From Sulfolobales archaeon (lineage in GTDB: Archaea > Thermoproteota > Thermoprotei_A > Sulfolobales > NBVN01): a stretch of 64,000 bases of DNA. The notes beneath the pieces were generated by a model. It worked only from the letters and a program-made list of their open reading frames with translations. It had not been told where the DNA came from and did not search any database. The stretch lies in NCBI GenBank assembly GCA_038841535.1, contig JAWBTQ010000006.1, forward strand, positions 12,300-76,299, written 5' to 3'. A program made the translations under genes and the position numbers. Position 1 is the stretch's first letter. Each line of letters begins with the position of its first letter. Shown here in pieces: positions 62,187 through 64,000 of the stretch.

Positions 62187-63461
62187 ATGCCTAGTGTTCT
62201 AAAAGGAGTTGATCCTCGAGATCCGGTAGCCCACTATAGGGGTGAGAAAGTTCTCCAAATCGTTAAAAAAGTTTTTGGTAAAGTTAGGGTTGTAGATCAA
62301 GCTTTTGCCGTGGACAGCTACTACGTTCTTTACTTACCGCACCCACTACTTAAAGATATTGGTGACGTCCCGAGAGAGCTCTCTAGAAATTACGTATTCT
62401 TTAAGACCCTTCTCGAGTCTGAGGAGTTCGCAAAAATCCGTTATAGTACTATTGGAGACTCTACTCTCAGTGTTCTAGTAGCATCATTGATAGCCACAGA
62501 AATTGAGAAATCCGTAGAGCAACTCCAGCAACTCTCGGGTGGTGGCTCAGAGCAGGGAGAGCTCAGCGAGGAAGAGACTAAGAACATAGCTGAATCTCTA
62601 AGCAAAAAAATTTCGGAAACTGTAGATTCGATGAAATCCATAAAGAAGTTAATGAGCTTTGGAAACGAGCCAGGAACAGGGTCTGTGTTCGACCTCGAGG
62701 AAGAGGGTGAAGAAATAATAAGACTTGCCCAGCTAGCTGATATCAAGGCTATCTTAGAGCTACTCAGCAAAATACCCAACATTTCAGGAAAGCTACTTAA
62801 ACCATACGAGAGGTATAGCAAGGGCGAGATAAGAGGGTTTGAAATAGGTGGTGACTTAGAAAGAGTGCACCCATCCGAGATCGCTATGCCTAAGATACTC
62901 TTCAGGTTAAAGCTGGCTGAAGATAAACTCCTTCTCTATGATAAAGTGCTACCGAAACTCCTAGGCCCCGTATACGCGCTTATCGATAAATCAGGTAGTA
63001 TGGAGGGAGAAAAAATAGTTTGGGCTAAAGCAACTCTACTGGCTCTTCTCATGAGGAGTAGAAAAGACGGTCGAGATTTCTACTTAAGGTTTTTTGACGG
63101 GGTCCCACACCAGCTCGTTAGAGTTGGTAGGAGAATGAAGTCTCACGAATTTGTGGAGCTTCTAAAATACCTTGCTAGAGTAAAGAGCGGTGGTGGAACG
63201 GATATAACTAAGGCAGTAATCTCAGCTTGCGACGATATATCTGGTGGAACCACTAAAGAAGTATCTGATATAGTGTTAATTACTGATGGAGAAGACAGAA
63301 TAGCTTCGTCCGCTTTAAGCAAGAGACTTAAGGATGTCAATTGCCGCCTTCATACAGTAATGATTATGGGCGACAATAGGGATTTAAAGAAAATAAGTTA
63401 TAGGTATCTGAGAGCTATCAAGCTGTCTTACAAAGAGATAATACAAATCATCAGCTTTTGA
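62187..63461 (+). CDS. VWA-domain protein (ViaA-like partner)
   Basis: MIDAS DKSGSM, GGGTD, LITDGED; 2 nt after the ATPase. Confidence 0.92.
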   Translation: MPSVLKGVDPRDPVAHYRGEKVLQIVKKVFGKVRVVDQAFAVDSYYVLYLPHPLLKDIGDVPRELSRNYVFFKTLLESEEFAKIRYSTIGDSTLSVLVASLIATEIEKSVEQLQQLSGGGSEQGELSEEETKNIAESLSKKISETVDSMKSIKKLMSFGNEPGTGSVFDLEEEGEEIIRLAQLADIKAILELLSKIPNISGKLLKPYERYSKGEIRGFEIGGDLERVHPSEIAMPKILFRLKLAEDKLLLYDKVLPKLLGPVYALIDKSGSMEGEKIVWAKATLLALLMRSRKDGRDFYLRFFDGVPHQLVRVGRRMKSHEFVELLKYLARVKSGGGTDITKAVISACDDISGGTTKEVSDIVLITDGEDRIASSALSKRLKDVNCRLHTVMIMGDNRDLKKISYRYLRAIKLSYKEIIQIISF

Positions 63462-63619
63462 TCTACGGCGATGAGATCCGTAGCTTTGGCCGTACTCATA
63501 CATAGAAGCATTAAGATAACGAAGAGCAGTTAGTGCGTTCTAGACTTTGATTAGTGCGTGTATGTCTGATTCTTCTACTCGCTCTCTCGAGTCGTCTACT
63601 GCTGTCTAGGTCTATGTCT

Positions 63620-64000
63620 TTATAGAGCTATTAGCCCCATGACTACGGCTTTTCGAGCACCAGTTGCTCTAGGCACGTTGTTAGGTATACCACTTAATGC
63701 TTCATGAGCCAGAACGGCCATCCCTAGGGCTTCTTTAAACTTAGAATCCACCCCCATTTCTTCATGTAGCAGAAGTCTAAGGCCTCTTTCGTGTAGCTCT
63801 CTCTCGAGCTCGCGTACTATAAATTTGTTTCTTATACCTCCACCACTCAGGATAACCTCTGAAAATCTCTTGTTGGTGTTCTTTAGTACGTACTTATCGT
63901 AGTTATAGACTATGCTCCTTACCGTAAGCATAGATACTGTCGCAACAATATCTTCTTTTGTCAACCCCATTCTAAAGCCTTTTTTAATTACGTAATCAGC
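63620..64000 (-). CDS. anmK: Anhydro-N-acetylmuramic acid kinase, C-terminal part (runs off the window)
   Basis: EDIVATVSMLTVRSI, SGGGIRN, KEALGMAVLA, NNVPRATGA...VMG; frame open to 64000. Confidence 0.85.
   Translation of the reverse strand, partial: ADYVIKKGFRMGLTKEDIVATVSMLTVRSIVYNYDKYVLKNTNKRFSEVILSGGGIRNKFIVRELERELHERGLRLLLHEEMGVDSKFKEALGMAVLAHEALSGIPNNVPRATGARKAVVMGLIAL

Overview
A 64-kb chromosomal window from a thermophilic crenarchaeon (Thermoproteota, probably Desulfurococcales-like). The assignment is inferred from PolB1, TFE-beta, Gins15, four intron-containing tRNAs and many TTG/GTG starts. Most genes are housekeeping: radA, thyX, dnaG, dtdA, udg, PINA ATPase, elp3, top6AB, deoC, cca, thpR, AMP phosphorylase, aglB, aglH and polB1. 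There is also a modified-pterin cluster, a tungsten oxidoreductase pair and a MoxR/VWA pair. The most notable signals are intergenic. (i) Two homologous ~235-nt elements (9057-9287 and 60106-60344) look like internally deleted IS200/IS605 (tnpB) elements; each keeps a left-end hairpin/promoter and the structured 3' omega-RNA-like region, followed by a different flank. A third tnpB-tail-like structured RNA lies at ~51912-52100. (ii) There is a clear box C/D sRNA upstream of top6B. (iii) At least two genes appear to start at ATA. (iv) There is a frameshifted HEPN gene. (v) The window ends in the C-terminal part of a bacterial-type anhydro-MurNAc kinase (AnmK). No CRISPR array, rRNA, integrase or intact transposase was seen. 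All family calls come from motif recognition by eye, not database searches.
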